Source: Eledone cirrhosa
Lineage: Eukaryota
Length of the DNA stretch: 64,000 nt
Reading direction: 5' to 3'
Assembly (NCBI GenBank): GCA_964016885.1
Contig: OZ024759.1
Span: 372,001-436,000 of the forward strand
Shown: positions 1-14,390 of the stretch, piece after piece
Position numbering within the stretch: position 1 is the stretch's first letter
Layout: the number at the start of each line of letters is the position of its first letter
Program-made: the position numbers and the translations under genes
Notes under the pieces: generated by a model
Database searches by the model: none
What the model saw: the letters and a program-made list of their open reading frames with translations, nothing else
What the model was told of the DNA's origin: nothing

Positions 1-2700
1 TAGTAACATGACAAAGTCTATATTAGTAGCATGACAAAGTCTATATTAGTAACATGACAAAGTCTATATTAGTAACATGACAAAGTCTATATTAGTAACA
101 TGACAGTATATATTAGTAACATGACAGTCCATATTAGTAGCATGACAAAGTCTATATTAGTAACATGACAAAGTCTATATTAGTAACATGACACAGTCTA
201 TATTAGTAACATGACACAGTCTATATTAGTAACATGACAGTCTATATTAGTAACATGACACAGTCTATATTAGTAACATGACAAAGTCTATATTAGTAAC
301 ATGACAAAGTCTATATTAGTAATATGACAGTCTATATTAGTAACATGACAAAGTCTATATTAGTAACATGACACAGTCTATATTAGTAACATGACAAGGT
401 CTATATTAGTAACATGACACAGTCTATATTAGTAACATGACAAAGTCTATATTAGTAACATGACAGTCTATATTAGTAACATGACAAAGTCTATATTAGT
501 AACATGACAAAGTCTATATTAGTAGCATGACAAAGTCTATATTAGTAACATGACAAAGTCTATATTAGTAACATGACAAGGTCTATATTAGTAACATGAC
601 AAAGTCTATATTAGTAACATGACAGTCCATATTAGTAACATGACAAAGTCTATATTAGTAACATGACAAAGTCTATATTAGTAACATGACAAAGTCTATA
701 TTAGTAGCATGACAAAGTCTATATTAGTAACATGACAAAGTCTATATTAGTAACATGACACAGTCTATATTAGTAACATGTCAAAGTCTATATTAGTAAC
801 ATGACAAAGTCTATATTAGTAACATGACAAAGTCTATATTAGTAACATGACACTGTCTATATTAGTAACTTGACAAAGTCTATATTAGTAACATGACACA
901 GTCTATATTAGTAACATGACAAAGTCTATATTAGTAACATGACACTGTCTATATTAGTAACTTGACAAAGTCTATATTAGTAACATGACAAAGTCTATAT
1001 TAGTAACATGACACTGTCTATATTACTAACATGACACAGTCTATATTAGTAACATGACACAGTCTATATTAGTAACATGACAAAGTCTATATTAGTAACA
1101 TGACAGTCTATATTATTAACATGACAAAGTCTATATTAGTAACATGACAAAGTCTATATTAGTAACATGACAGTCTATATTAGTAACATGACACAGTCTA
1201 TATTAGTAACATGACACAGTGTATATTAGTAACATGACAAAGTCTATATTAGTAACATGACACAGTCTATATCATTAACATGACAAAGTCTATATTAGTA
1301 ACATGACACAGTCTATATTAGTAACATGACAAAGTCTATATTAGTAACATGACACCGTCTATATTAGTAACATGACAAAGTCTATATTAGTAGCATGACA
1401 AAGTCTATATTAGTAACATGACAAAGTCTATATTAGTAACATGACACAGTCTATATTAGTAACATGACAAAGTCTATATTAGTAACATGACAGTCTATAT
1501 TAGTAACATGACAGTCTATATTATTAGCATGACAAAGTCTATATTAGTAACATGACACAGTCTATATTAGTAACATGACACAGTCTATATTAGTAACATG
1601 ACAAAGTCTATATTAGTAGCATGACAAAGTCTATATTAGTAACATGACACAGTCTATATTAGTAACATGACAAAGTCTATATTAGTAGCATGACAAAGTC
1701 TATATTAGTAACATGACAAAGTCTATATTAGTAACATGACAAAGTCTATATTAGTAACATGACAGTATATATTAGTAACATGACAGTCCATATTAGTAGC
1801 ATGACAAAGTCTATATTAGTAACATGACAAAGTCTATATTAGTAACATGACACAGGCTATATTAGTAACATGACACAGTCTATATTAGTAACATGACACA
1901 GTCTATATTAGTAACATGACACAGTCTATATTAGTAACATGACAAAGTCTATATTAGTAACATGACAAAGTCTATATTAGTAACATGACAGTCTATATTA
2001 GTAACATGACAAAGTCTATATTAGTAACATGACACAGTCTATATTAGTAACATGACAAAGTCTCTATTAGTAACATGACAAATTCTATATTAGTAACATG
2101 ACAATCTATATTAGTAACATGACAAAGTCTCTATTAGTAACATGACAAAGTCTATATTATTAACATGACAGTCTATATTAGTAACATGACAAAGTCTATA
2201 TTAGTAACATGACAGTCTATATTGTAACATGACACAGTCTATATTAGTAACATGACACAGTCTATATTAGTAACATGACATAGTCTATATTAGTAACATG
2301 ACAAAGTCTATATTAGTAACAAGAAAGTCTATATTGTAACATGACACAGTCTATATTAGTAACATGACAGTCTATATTAGTAACATGACAAAGTCTATAT
2401 TAGTAACATGACAAAGTCTATATTAGTAACATGACAAAGTCTATATTAGTAACATGACAAAGTCTATATTAGTAGCATGACACAGTCTATATTAGTAACA
2501 TGACAAAGTCTATATTAGTAACATGACACAGTCTATATTAGTAACATGACAAAGTCTATATTAGTAACATGACACAGTCTATATTAGTAACATGACATAG
2601 TCTATATTAGTAACATGACAAAGTCTATATTAGTAGCATGACACAGTCTATATTAGTAACATGACACAGTCTATATTAGTAACATGACAGTCTATATTAG
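1..2700. repeat. Block repeated about 5.16-5.18 kb downstream (about 5155-7900)
   Basis: TGACAGTATA 101/5256 (offset 5,155) and the ATGTCAAAG T at 781/5959 (offset 5,178, one extra 23-mer). The ACTGTC/AACTTG, CAGGCT and AACAAG markers occur in the same order. Confidence 0.8.
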
Positions 2701-3279
2701 TAACATGACACAGTCTATATTAGTAACATGACACAGTCTATATTAGTAACATGGCACAGTCTATATTAGTAACATGACAATGTCTATATTAGTAACATGA
2801 CAAAGTCTATATTAGTAACATGACAAAGTCTATATTAGTAACATGACACAGTCTATATTAGTAACCTGACAATGTCTATATTAGTAACATGACACAGTCT
2901 ATATTAGTAACATGACACAGTCTATATTAGTAACATGACAAAGTCTATATTAGTAGCATGACAAAGGCTATATTAGTAACATGACAAAGTCTATATTAGT
3001 AACATGACACAGTCTATAATAGTAACATGACAAAGACTATATTAGTAACATGACACAGTCTATATTAGTGACATGACACAGTCTATATTAGTAGCATGAC
3101 AGTCTATATTAGTAACATGACAAAGTCTATATTAGTAACATGACACAGTCTATATTAGTAACATGACAAAGTCTATATTAGTAACATGACACAGTCTATA
3201 TTAGTAACATGACAAAGTCTATATTAGTAACATGACACAGTCTATATTAGTAGCATGACACAGTCTATATTAGTAACAT

Positions 3280-5200
3280 GACAAAGTCTATGTTAGTAAC
3301 ATGACACAGTATATATTAGTAACATGACACAGTCTATATTAGTAACATGACATAGTCTATAATAGTAACATGACAAAGTCTATATTAGTAGCATGACACA
3401 GTCTATATTAGTGACATGACACAGTCTATATTAGTAACATGACAGTCTATATTAGTAACATGACAAAGTCTATATTAGTAGCATGACAAAGTCTATATTA
3501 GTAACATGACACAGTCTATATTAGTAACATGACAATCTATATTAGTAACATGACACAGTCTATATTAGTAACATGACAAAGTCTATATTAGTAGCATGAC
3601 AAAGTCTATATTAGTAACATGACAGTCTATATTAGTAACATGACACAGTCTATATTATTAGCATGACAAAGTCTATATTAGTAGCATGACACAGTCTATA
3701 TTAGTAACATGACACAATCTATATTAGTAACATGACACAGTCTATATTAGTAACATGACAAAGTCTATATTAGTAACATGACAGTCTATATTAGTAACAT
3801 GACAAAGTCTATATTAGTAGCATGACAAAGTCTATATTAGTAACATGACAAAGTCTATATTAGTAACATGACACAGTCTATATTAGTAGCATGACACAGT
3901 CTATGTCAGTAACATGACACAGTCTATATTAGTAACATGACACAGTCTATATTAGTAACATGGCACAGTCTATATTAGTAACATGACAATGTCTATATTA
4001 GTAACATGACAAAGTCTATATTAGTAACATGACAAAGTCTATATTAGTAACATGACACAGTCTATATTAGTAACATGACAATGTCTATATTAGTAACATG
4101 ACACAGTCTATATTAGTAACATGACACAGTCTATATTAGTAACATGACAAAGTCTATATTAGTAGCATGACAAAGGCTATATTAGTAACATGACAAAGTC
4201 TATATTAGTAACATGACACAGTCTATAATAGTAACATGACAAAGACTATATTAGTAACATGACACAGTCTATATTAGTGACATGACACAGTCTATATTAG
4301 TAGCATGACAGTCTATATTAGTAACATGACAAAGTCTATATTAGTAACATGACACAGTCTATATTAGTAACATGACAAAGTCTATATTAGTAACATGACA
4401 CAGTCTATATTAGTAACATGACAAAGTCTATATTAGTAACATGACACAGTCTATATTAGTAACATGACACAGTCTATATTAGTAACATGACACAGTCTAT
4501 ATTAGTAACATGACAAAGTCTATATTAGTAACATGACAAAGTCTATATTAGTAACATGACAGTCTATATTAGTAACATGACAAAATCTATATTAGTAACA
4601 TGACACAGTCTATATTAGTAACATGAAAAAGTCTCTATTAGTAACATGACAACGCCTATATTAGTAACATGACAGTCTATATTAGTAACATGACAAAGTC
4701 TCTATTAGTAACATGACAAAGTCTATATTAGTAACATGACAGTCTATATAAGTAACATGACAAAGTCTATATTAGTAACATGACAGTCTATATTGTAACA
4801 TGACACAGTCTATATTAGTAACATGACATAGTCTATATTAGTAACATGACAAAGTCTATATTAGTAACATGACAGTCTATATTGTAACATGACACAGTCT
4901 ATATTAGTAACATGACACAGTCTATATTAGTAACATGACAGTCTATATTAGTAACATGACAAAGTCTATATTAGTAACATGACAAAGTCTATATTAGTAA
5001 CATGACAAAGTCTATATTAGTAACATGACAAAGTCTATATTAGTAGCATGACACAGTCTATATTAGTAACATGACAAAGTCTATGTTAGTAACATGACAA
5101 AGTCTATATTAGTAGCATGACAAAGTCTATATTAGTAACATGACACAGTCTATATTAGTAACATGACAAAGTCTATATTAGTAGCATGACAAAGTCTATA
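3280..5200. repeat. Block repeated 5,990 bp downstream (about 9270-11190)
   Basis: CTATGTCAGT 3901/9891 and ACATGAAAAA 4621/10611. The TAGTGAC variant is present in both copies. Confidence 0.85.
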
Positions 5201-8099
5201 TTAGTAACATGACAAAGTCTATATTAGTAACATGACAAAGTCTATATTAGTAACATGACAGTATATATTAGTAACATGACAGTCCATATTAGTAGCATGA
5301 CAAAGTCTATATTAGTAACATGACAAAGTCTATATTAGTAACATGACACAGTCTATATTAGTAACATGACACAGTCTATATTAGTAACATGACAGTCTAT
5401 ATTAGTAACATGACACAGTCTATATTAGTAACATGACAAAGTCTATATTAGTAACATGACAAAGTCTATATTAGTAATATGACAGTCTATATTAGTAACA
5501 TGACAAAGTCTATATTAGTAACATGACACAGTCTATATTAGTAACATGACAAGGTCTATATTAGTAACATGACACAGTCTATATTAGTAACATGACAAAG
5601 TCTATATTAGTAACATGACAGTCTATATTAGTAACATGACAAAGTCTATATTAGTAACATGACAAAGTCTATATTAGTAGCATGACAAAGTCTATATTAG
5701 TAACATGACAAAGTCTATATTAGTAACATGACAAAGTCTATATTAGTAACATGACAAGGTCTATATTAGTAACATGACAAAGTCTATATTAGTAACATGA
5801 CAGTCCATATTAGTAACATGACAAAGTCTATATTAGTAACATGACAAAGTCTATATTAGTAACATGACAAAGTCTATATTAGTAGCATGACAAAGTCTAT
5901 ATTAGTAACATGACAAAGTCTATATTAGTAACATGACACAGTCTATATTAGTAACATGTCAAAGTCTATATTAGTAACATGACAAAGTCTATATTAGTAA
6001 CATGACAAAGTCTATATTAGTAACATGACACTGTCTATATTAGTAACTTGACAAAGTCTATATTAGTAACATGACACAGTCTATATTAGTAACATGACAA
6101 AGTCTATATTAGTAACATGACACTGTCTATATTAGTAACTTGACAAAGTCTATATTAGTAACATGACAAAGTCTATATTAGTAACATGACACTGTCTATA
6201 TTACTAACATGACACAGTCTATATTAGTAACATGACACAGTCTATATTAGTAACATGACAAAGTCTATATTAGTAACATGACAGTCTATATTATTAACAT
6301 GACAAAGTCTATATTAGTAACATGACAAAGTCTATATTAGTAACATGACAGTCTATATTAGTAACATGACACAGTCTATATTAGTAACATGACACAGTCT
6401 ATATTAGTAACATGACAAAGTCTATATTAGTAACATGACACAGTCTATATTATTAACATGACAAAGTCTATATTAGTAACATGACACAGTCTATATTAGT
6501 AACATGACAAAGTCTATATTAGTAACATGACACAGTCTATATTAGTAACATGACAAAGTCTATATTAGTAGCATGACAAAGTCTATATTAGTAACATGAC
6601 AAAGTCTATATTAGTAACATGACACAGTCTACATTAGTAACATGACAAAGTCTATATTAGTAACATGACAGTCTATATTAGTAACATGACAGTCTATATT
6701 ATTAGCATGACAAAGTCTATATTAGTAACATGACACAGTCTATATTAGTAACATGACACAGTCTATATTAGTAACATGACAAAGTCTATATTAGTAGCAT
6801 GACAAAGTCTATATTAGTAACATGACACAGTCTATATTAGTAACATGACAAAGTCTATATTAGTAGCATGACAAAGTCTATATTAGTAACATGACAAAGT
6901 CTATATTAGTAACATGACAAAGTCTATATTAGTAACATGACAGTATACATTAGTAACATGACAGTCCATATTAGTGGCATGACAAAGTCTATATTAGTAA
7001 CATGACAAAGTCTATATTAGTAACATGACACAGGCTATATTAGTAACATGACACAGTCTATATTAGTAACATGACACAGTCTATATTAGTAACATGACAC
7101 AGTCTATATTAGTAACATGACAAAGTCTATATTAGTAACATGACACAGTCTATATTAGTAACATGACATAGTCTATATTAGTAACATGACACAGTCTATA
7201 TTAGTAACATGACAAAGTCTCTATTAGTAACATGACAAAGTTTATATTAGTAACATGACAGTCTATATTAGTAACATGACAAAGTCTCTATTAGTAACAT
7301 GACAAAGTCTATATTATTAACATGACAGTCTATATTAGTAACATGACAAAGTCTATATTAGTAACATGACAGTCTATATTGTAACATGACACAGTCTATA
7401 TTAGTAACATGACACAGTCTATATTAGTAACGTGACATAGTCTATATTAGTAACATGACAAAGTCTATATTAGTAACAAGACAGTCTATATTGTAACATG
7501 ACACAGTCTATATTAGTAACATGACACAGTCTATATTAGTAACATGACAGTCTATATTAGTAACATGACAAAGTCTATATTAGTAACATGACAAAGTCTA
7601 TATTAGTAACATGACAAAGTCTATATTAGTAACATGACAAAGTCTATATTAGTAACATGACAAAGTCTATATTAGTAGCATGACACAGTCTATATTAGTA
7701 ACATGACAAAGTCTATATTAGTAACATGACACAGTCTATATTAGTAACATGACAAAGTCTATATTAGTAACATGACACAGTCTATATTAGTAACATGACA
7801 TAGTCTATATTAGTAACATGACAAAGTCTATATTAGTAGCATGACACAGTCTATATTAGTAACATGACACAGTCTATATTAGTAACATGACAGTCTATAT
7901 TAGTAACATGACAAAGTCTATATTAGTAGCATGACAAAGTCTATATTAGTAACATGACACAGTCTATATTAGTAACATGACAGTCTATATTAGTAACATG
8001 ACACAGTCTATATTAGTAACATGACAAAGTCTATATTAGTAGCATGACAAAGTCTATATTAGTAACATGACAGTCTATATTAGTAACATGACAAAGTCT

Positions 8100-11000
8100 A
8101 TATTAGTAGCATGACAAAGTCTATATTAGTAGCATGACACAGTCTATATTAGTAACATGACACAGTCTATATTAGTAACATGACACAGTCTATATTAGTA
8201 ACATGACAAAGTCTATATTAGTAGCATGACAAAGTCTATATTAGTAACATGACAAAGTCTATATTAGTAACATGGCACAGTCTATATTAGTAGCATGACA
8301 AAGTCTATATTAGTAACATGACACAGTCTATATTAGTAACATGACAAAGACTATATTAGTAACATGACACAGTCTATATTAGTAACATGACAAAGTCTGT
8401 ATTAGTAACATGACACAGTCTATATTAGTAACATGACAGTCTATATTAGTAGCATGACAATGTCTATATTAGTACCATGACACAGTCTATATTAGTAGCA
8501 TGACAAAGTCTATATTAGTAACATGACAAAGTCTATATTAGTAACATGACACAGTCTATATTAGTAACACGACAAAGTCTATATTAGTAACATGACACAG
8601 CCTATATTAGTAGCATGACAAAGTCTATATTAGTAACATGACATAGTCTATATTAGTAACATGACACAGTCTATATTAGTAACATGACACAGTCTATATT
8701 AGTAACATGACAAAGTCTATATTAGTAACATGACAAAGTCTATATTAGTAACATGACAGTCTATATTAGTAACATGACAAAGTCTATATTAGTAACATGA
8801 CACAGTCTATATTAGTAACATGAACAAGTCTCTATTAGTAACATGACAAAGTCTATATTAGTAACATGACAGTCTATATTAGTAACATGACAAAGTCTCT
8901 ATTAGTAACATGACAAAGTCTATATTAGTAACATGACAGTCTATATAAGTAACATGACAAAGTCTATATTAGTAACATGACAGTCTATATTGTAACATGA
9001 CACAGTCTATATTAGTAACATGACATAGTCTATATTAGTAACATGACAAAGTCTATATTAGTAACATGACAGTCTATATTGTAACATGACACAGTCTATA
9101 TTAGTAACATGACACAGTCTATATTAGTAACATGACAGTCTATATTAGTAACATGACAAAGTCTATATTAGTAACATGACAAAGTCTATATTAGTAACAT
9201 GACAAAGTCTATATTAGTAACATGACAAAGTCTATATTAGTAGCATGACACAGTCTATATTAGTAACATGACAAAGTCTATGTTAGTAACATGACACAGT
9301 ATATATTAGTAACATGACACAGTCTATATTAGTAACATGACATAGTCTATATTAGTAACATGACAAAGTCTATATTAGTAGCATGACACAGTCTATATTA
9401 GTAACATGACACAGTCTATATTAGTAACATGACAGTCTATATTAGTAACATGACAAAGTCTATATTAGTAGCATGACAAAGTCTATATTAGTAACATGAC
9501 ACAGTCTATATTAGTAACATGACAATCTATATTAGTAACATGACACAGTCTATATTAGTAACATGACAAAGTCTATATTAGTAGCATGACAAAGTCTATA
9601 TTAGTAACATGACAGTCTATATTAGTAACATGACACAGTCTATATTATTAGCATGACAAAGTCTATATTAGTAGCATGACACAGTCTATATTAGTAACAT
9701 GACACAATCTATATTAGTAACATGACACAGTCTATATTAGTAACATGACAAAGTCTATATTAGTAACATGACAGTCTATATTAGTAACATGACAAAGTCT
9801 ATATTAGTAGCATGACAAAGTCTATATTAGTAACATGACAAAGTCTATATTAGTAACATGACACAGTCTATATTAGTAGCATGACACAGTCTATGTCAGT
9901 AACATGACACAGTCTATATTAGTAACATGACACAGTCTATATTAGTAACATGGCACAGTCTATATTAGTAACATGACAATGTCTATATTAGTAACATGAC
10001 AAAGTCTATATTAGTAACATGACAAAGTCTATATTAGTAACATGACACAGTCTATATTAGTAACATGACAATGTCTATATTAGTAACATGACACAGTCTA
10101 TATTAGTAACATGACACAGTCTATATTAGTAACATGACAAAGTCTATATTAGTAGCATGACAAAGGCTATATTAGTAACATGACAAAGTCTATATTAGTA
10201 ACATGACACAGTCTATAATAGTAACATGACAAAGACTATATTAGTAACATGACACAGTCTATATTAGTGACATGACACAGTCTATATTAGTAGCATGACA
10301 GTCTATATTAGTAACATGACAAAGTCTATATTAGTAACATGACACAGTCTATATTAGTAACATGACAAAGTCTATATTAGTAACATGACACAGTCTATAT
10401 TAGTAACATGACAAAGTCTATATTAGTAACATGACACAGTCTATATTAGTAACATGACACAGTCTATATTAGTAACATGACACAGTCTATATTAGTAACA
10501 TGACAAAGTCTATATTAGTAACATGACAAAGTCTATATTAGTAACATGACAGTCTATATTAGTAACATGACAAAATCTATATTAGTAACATGACACAGTC
10601 TATATTAGTAACATGAAAAAGTCTCTATTAGTAACATGACAAAGCCTATATTAGTAACATGACAGTCTATATTAGTAACATGACAAAGTCTCTATTAGTA
10701 ACATGACAAAGTCTATATTAGTAACATGACAGTCTATATAAGTAACATGACAAAGTCTATATTAGTAACATGACAGTCTATATTGTAACATGACACAGTC
10801 TATATTAGTAACATGACATAGTCTATATTAGTAACATGACAAAGTCTATATTAGTAACATGACAGTCTATATTGTAACATGACACAGTCTATATTAGTAA
10901 CATGACACAGTCTATATTAGTAACATGACAGTCTATATTAGTAACATGACAAAGTCTATATTAGTAACATGACAAAGTCTATATTAGTAACATGACAAAG

Positions 11001-14000
11001 TCTATATTAGTAACATGACAAAGTCTATATTAGTAGCATGACACAGTCTATATTAGTAACATGACAAAGTCTATGTTAGTAACATGACAAAGTCTATATT
11101 AGTAGCATGACAAAGTCTATATTAGTAACATGACACAGTCTATATTAGTAACATGACAAAGTCTATATTAGTAGCATGACAAAGTCTATATTAGTAGCAT
11201 GACAAAGTCTATATTAGTAACATGACAAAGTCTATATTAGTAACATGACACAGTCTATATTAGTAACATGACACAGTCTATATTAGTAACATGACACAGT
11301 CTATATTAGTAACATGACAAAGTCTATATTAGTAGCATGACAAAGTCTATATTAGTAACATGACAAAGTCTATATTAGTAACATGGCACAGTCTATATTA
11401 GTAGCATGACAAAGTCTATATTAGTAACATGACAAAGTCTATATTAGTAACATGACACAGTCTATATTAGTAACATGACAAAGACTATATTAGTAACATG
11501 ACACAGTCTATATTAGTAACATGACAAAGTCTATATTAGTAACATGACAATCTATATTAGTAACATGACAGTCTATATTAGTAGCATGACAAAGTCTATA
11601 TTAGTAACATGACAAAGTCTATATTAGTAACATGACACAGTCTATATTAGTAACATGACAGTCTATATTAGTAGCATGACAATGTCTATATTAGTACCAT
11701 GACACAGTCTATATTAGTAGCATGACAAAGTCTATATTAGTAACATGACAAAGTCTATATTAGTAACATGACACAGTCTATATTAGTAACACGACAAAGT
11801 CTATATTAGTAACATGACACAGTCTATATTAGTAGCATGACAAAGTCTATATTAGTAACATGACATAGTCTATATTAGTAACATGACACAGTCTATATTA
11901 GTAACATGACACAGTCTATATTAGTAACATGACAAAGTCTATATTAGTAACATGACAAAGTCTATATTAGTAACATGACAGTCTATATTAGTAACATGAC
12001 AAAGTCTATATTAGTAACATGACACAGTCTATATTAGTAACATGAACAAGTCTCTATTAGTAACATGACAAAGTCTATATTAGTAACATGACAGTCTATA
12101 TTAGTAACATGACAAAGTCTCTATTAGTAACATGACAAAGTCTATATTAGTAACATGACAGTCTATATAAGTAACATGACAAAGTCTATATTAGTAACAT
12201 GACAGTCTATATTGTAACATGACACAGTCTATATTAGTAACATGACATAGTCTATATTAGTAACATGACAAAGTCTATATTAGTAACATGACAGTCTATA
12301 TTGTAACATGACACAGTCTATATTAGTAACATGACACAGTCTATATTAGTAACATGACAGTCTATATTAGTAACATGACAAAGTCTATATTAGTAACATG
12401 ACAAAGTCTATATTAGTAACATGACAAAGTCTATATTAGTAACATGACAAAGTCTATATTAGTAGCATGACACAGTCTATATTAGTAACATGACAAAGTC
12501 TATGTTAGTAACATGACACAGTATATATTAGTAACATGACACAGTCTATATTAGTAACATGACATAGTCTATATTAGTAACATGACAAAGTCTATATTAG
12601 TAGCATGACACAGTCTATATTAGTAACATGACACAGTCTATATTAGTAACATGACAGTCTATATTAGTAACATGACAAAGTCTATATTAGTAGCATGACA
12701 AAGTCTATATTAGTAACATGACACAGTCTATATTAGTAACATGACAATCTATATTAGTAACATGACACAGTCTATATTAGTAACATGACAAAGTCTATAT
12801 TAGTAGCATGACAAAGTCTATATTAGTAACATGACAGTCTATATTAGTAACATGACACAGTCTATATTATTAGCATGACAAAGTCTATATTAGTAGCATG
12901 ACACAGTCTATATTAGTAACATGACACAATCTATATTAGTAACATGACACAGTCTATATTAGTAACATGACAAAGTCTATATTAGTAACATGACAGTCTA
13001 TATTAGTAACATGACAAAGTCTATATTAGTAGCATGACAAAGTCTATATTAGTAACATGACAAAGTCTATATTAGTAACATGACACAGTCTATATTAGTA
13101 GCATGACACAGTCTATGTCAGTAACATGACACAGTCTATATTAGTAACATGACACAGTCTATATTAGTAACATGGCACAGTCTATATTAGTAACATGACA
13201 ATGTCTATATTAGTAACATGACAAAGTCTATATTAGTAACATGACAAAGTCTATATTAGTAACATGACACAGTCTATATTAGTAACATGACAATGTCTAT
13301 ATTAGTAACATGACACAGTCTATATTAGTAACATGACACAGTCTATATTAGTAACATGACAAAGTCTATATTAGTAGCATGACAAAGGCTATATTAGTAA
13401 CATGACAAAGTCTATATTAGTAACATGACACAGTCTATAATAGTAACATGACAAAGACTATATTAGTAACATGACACAGTCTATATTAGTAACATAACAC
13501 AGTCTATATTAGTAACATGACAAAGTCTATATTAGTAACATGACACAGTCTATATTAGTAACATGACAAAGTCTATATTAGTAACATGACACAGTCTATA
13601 TTAGTAACATGACAAAGTCTATATTAGTAACATGACACAGTCTATATTAGTAACATGACACAGTCTATATTAGTAACATGACACAGTCTATATTAGTAAC
13701 ATGACAAAGTCTATATTAGTAACATGACAAAGTCTATATTAGTAACATGACAGTCTATATTAGTAACATGACAAAATCTATATTAGTAACATGACACAGT
13801 CTATATTAGTAACATGAAAAAGTCTCTATTAGTAACATGACAAAGCCTATATTAGTAACATGACAGTCTATATTAGTAACATGACAAAGTCTCTATTAGT
13901 AACATGACAAAGTCTATATTAGTAACATGACAGTCTATATAAGTAACATGACAAAGTCTATATTAGTAACATGACAGTCTATATTAGTAACATGACACAG

Positions 14001-14390
14001 TCTATATTAGTAACATGACATAGTCTATATTAGTAACATGACAAAGTCTATATTAGTAACATGACAGTCTATATTGTAACATGACACAGTCTATATTAGT
14101 AACATGACACAGTCTATATTAGTAACATGACAGTCTATATTAGTAACATGACAAAGTCTATATTAGTAACATGACAAAGTCTATATTAGTAACATGACAA
14201 AGTCTATATTAGTAACATGACAAAGTCTATATTAGTAGCATGACACAGTCTATATTAGTAACATGACAAAGTCTATGTTAGTAACATGACAAAGTCTATA
14301 TTAGTAGCATGACAAAGTCTATATTAGTAACATGACACAGTCTATATTAGTAACATGACAAAGTCTATATTAGTAGCATGACAAAGTCTA
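8100..14390. repeat. Higher-order tandem duplication, period about 3.2 kb
   Basis: Offset 3,222 for AACACGAC (8570/11792), TGAACAAG (8821/12043) and CTATGTCAG (9891/13113). The offset becomes 3,201 (one 21-mer fewer) at ACATGAAAAAG (10611/13812). Confidence 0.85.

Noticed and set aside
16-30. Resemblance of CTATATTAGT to the Plasmodium falciparum rep20/TARE6 21-bp subtelomeric repeat as I recall it
   Set aside because: Only a short AT-rich match from memory. The TAAGACC core is absent, the dominant period is 23 bp, and this array is far more homogeneous. A database search is needed.
231-245. TGACAG (TALE homeodomain MEIS/TGIF-like) motif in 21-mers, and a CATG p53-like core
   Set aside because: Short motifs are expected by chance. 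The p53 half-site flanks RRR/YYY do not match, and there is no host or binding evidence.
871-900. Sigma70-like TTGACA in AACTTGACA variants, plus TATAAT and TATATAA variants
   Set aside because: The spacing from TTGACA to TATATT is 5 or 28 bp, not about 17. These are single-base variants of an AT-rich repeat with nothing downstream to transcribe.
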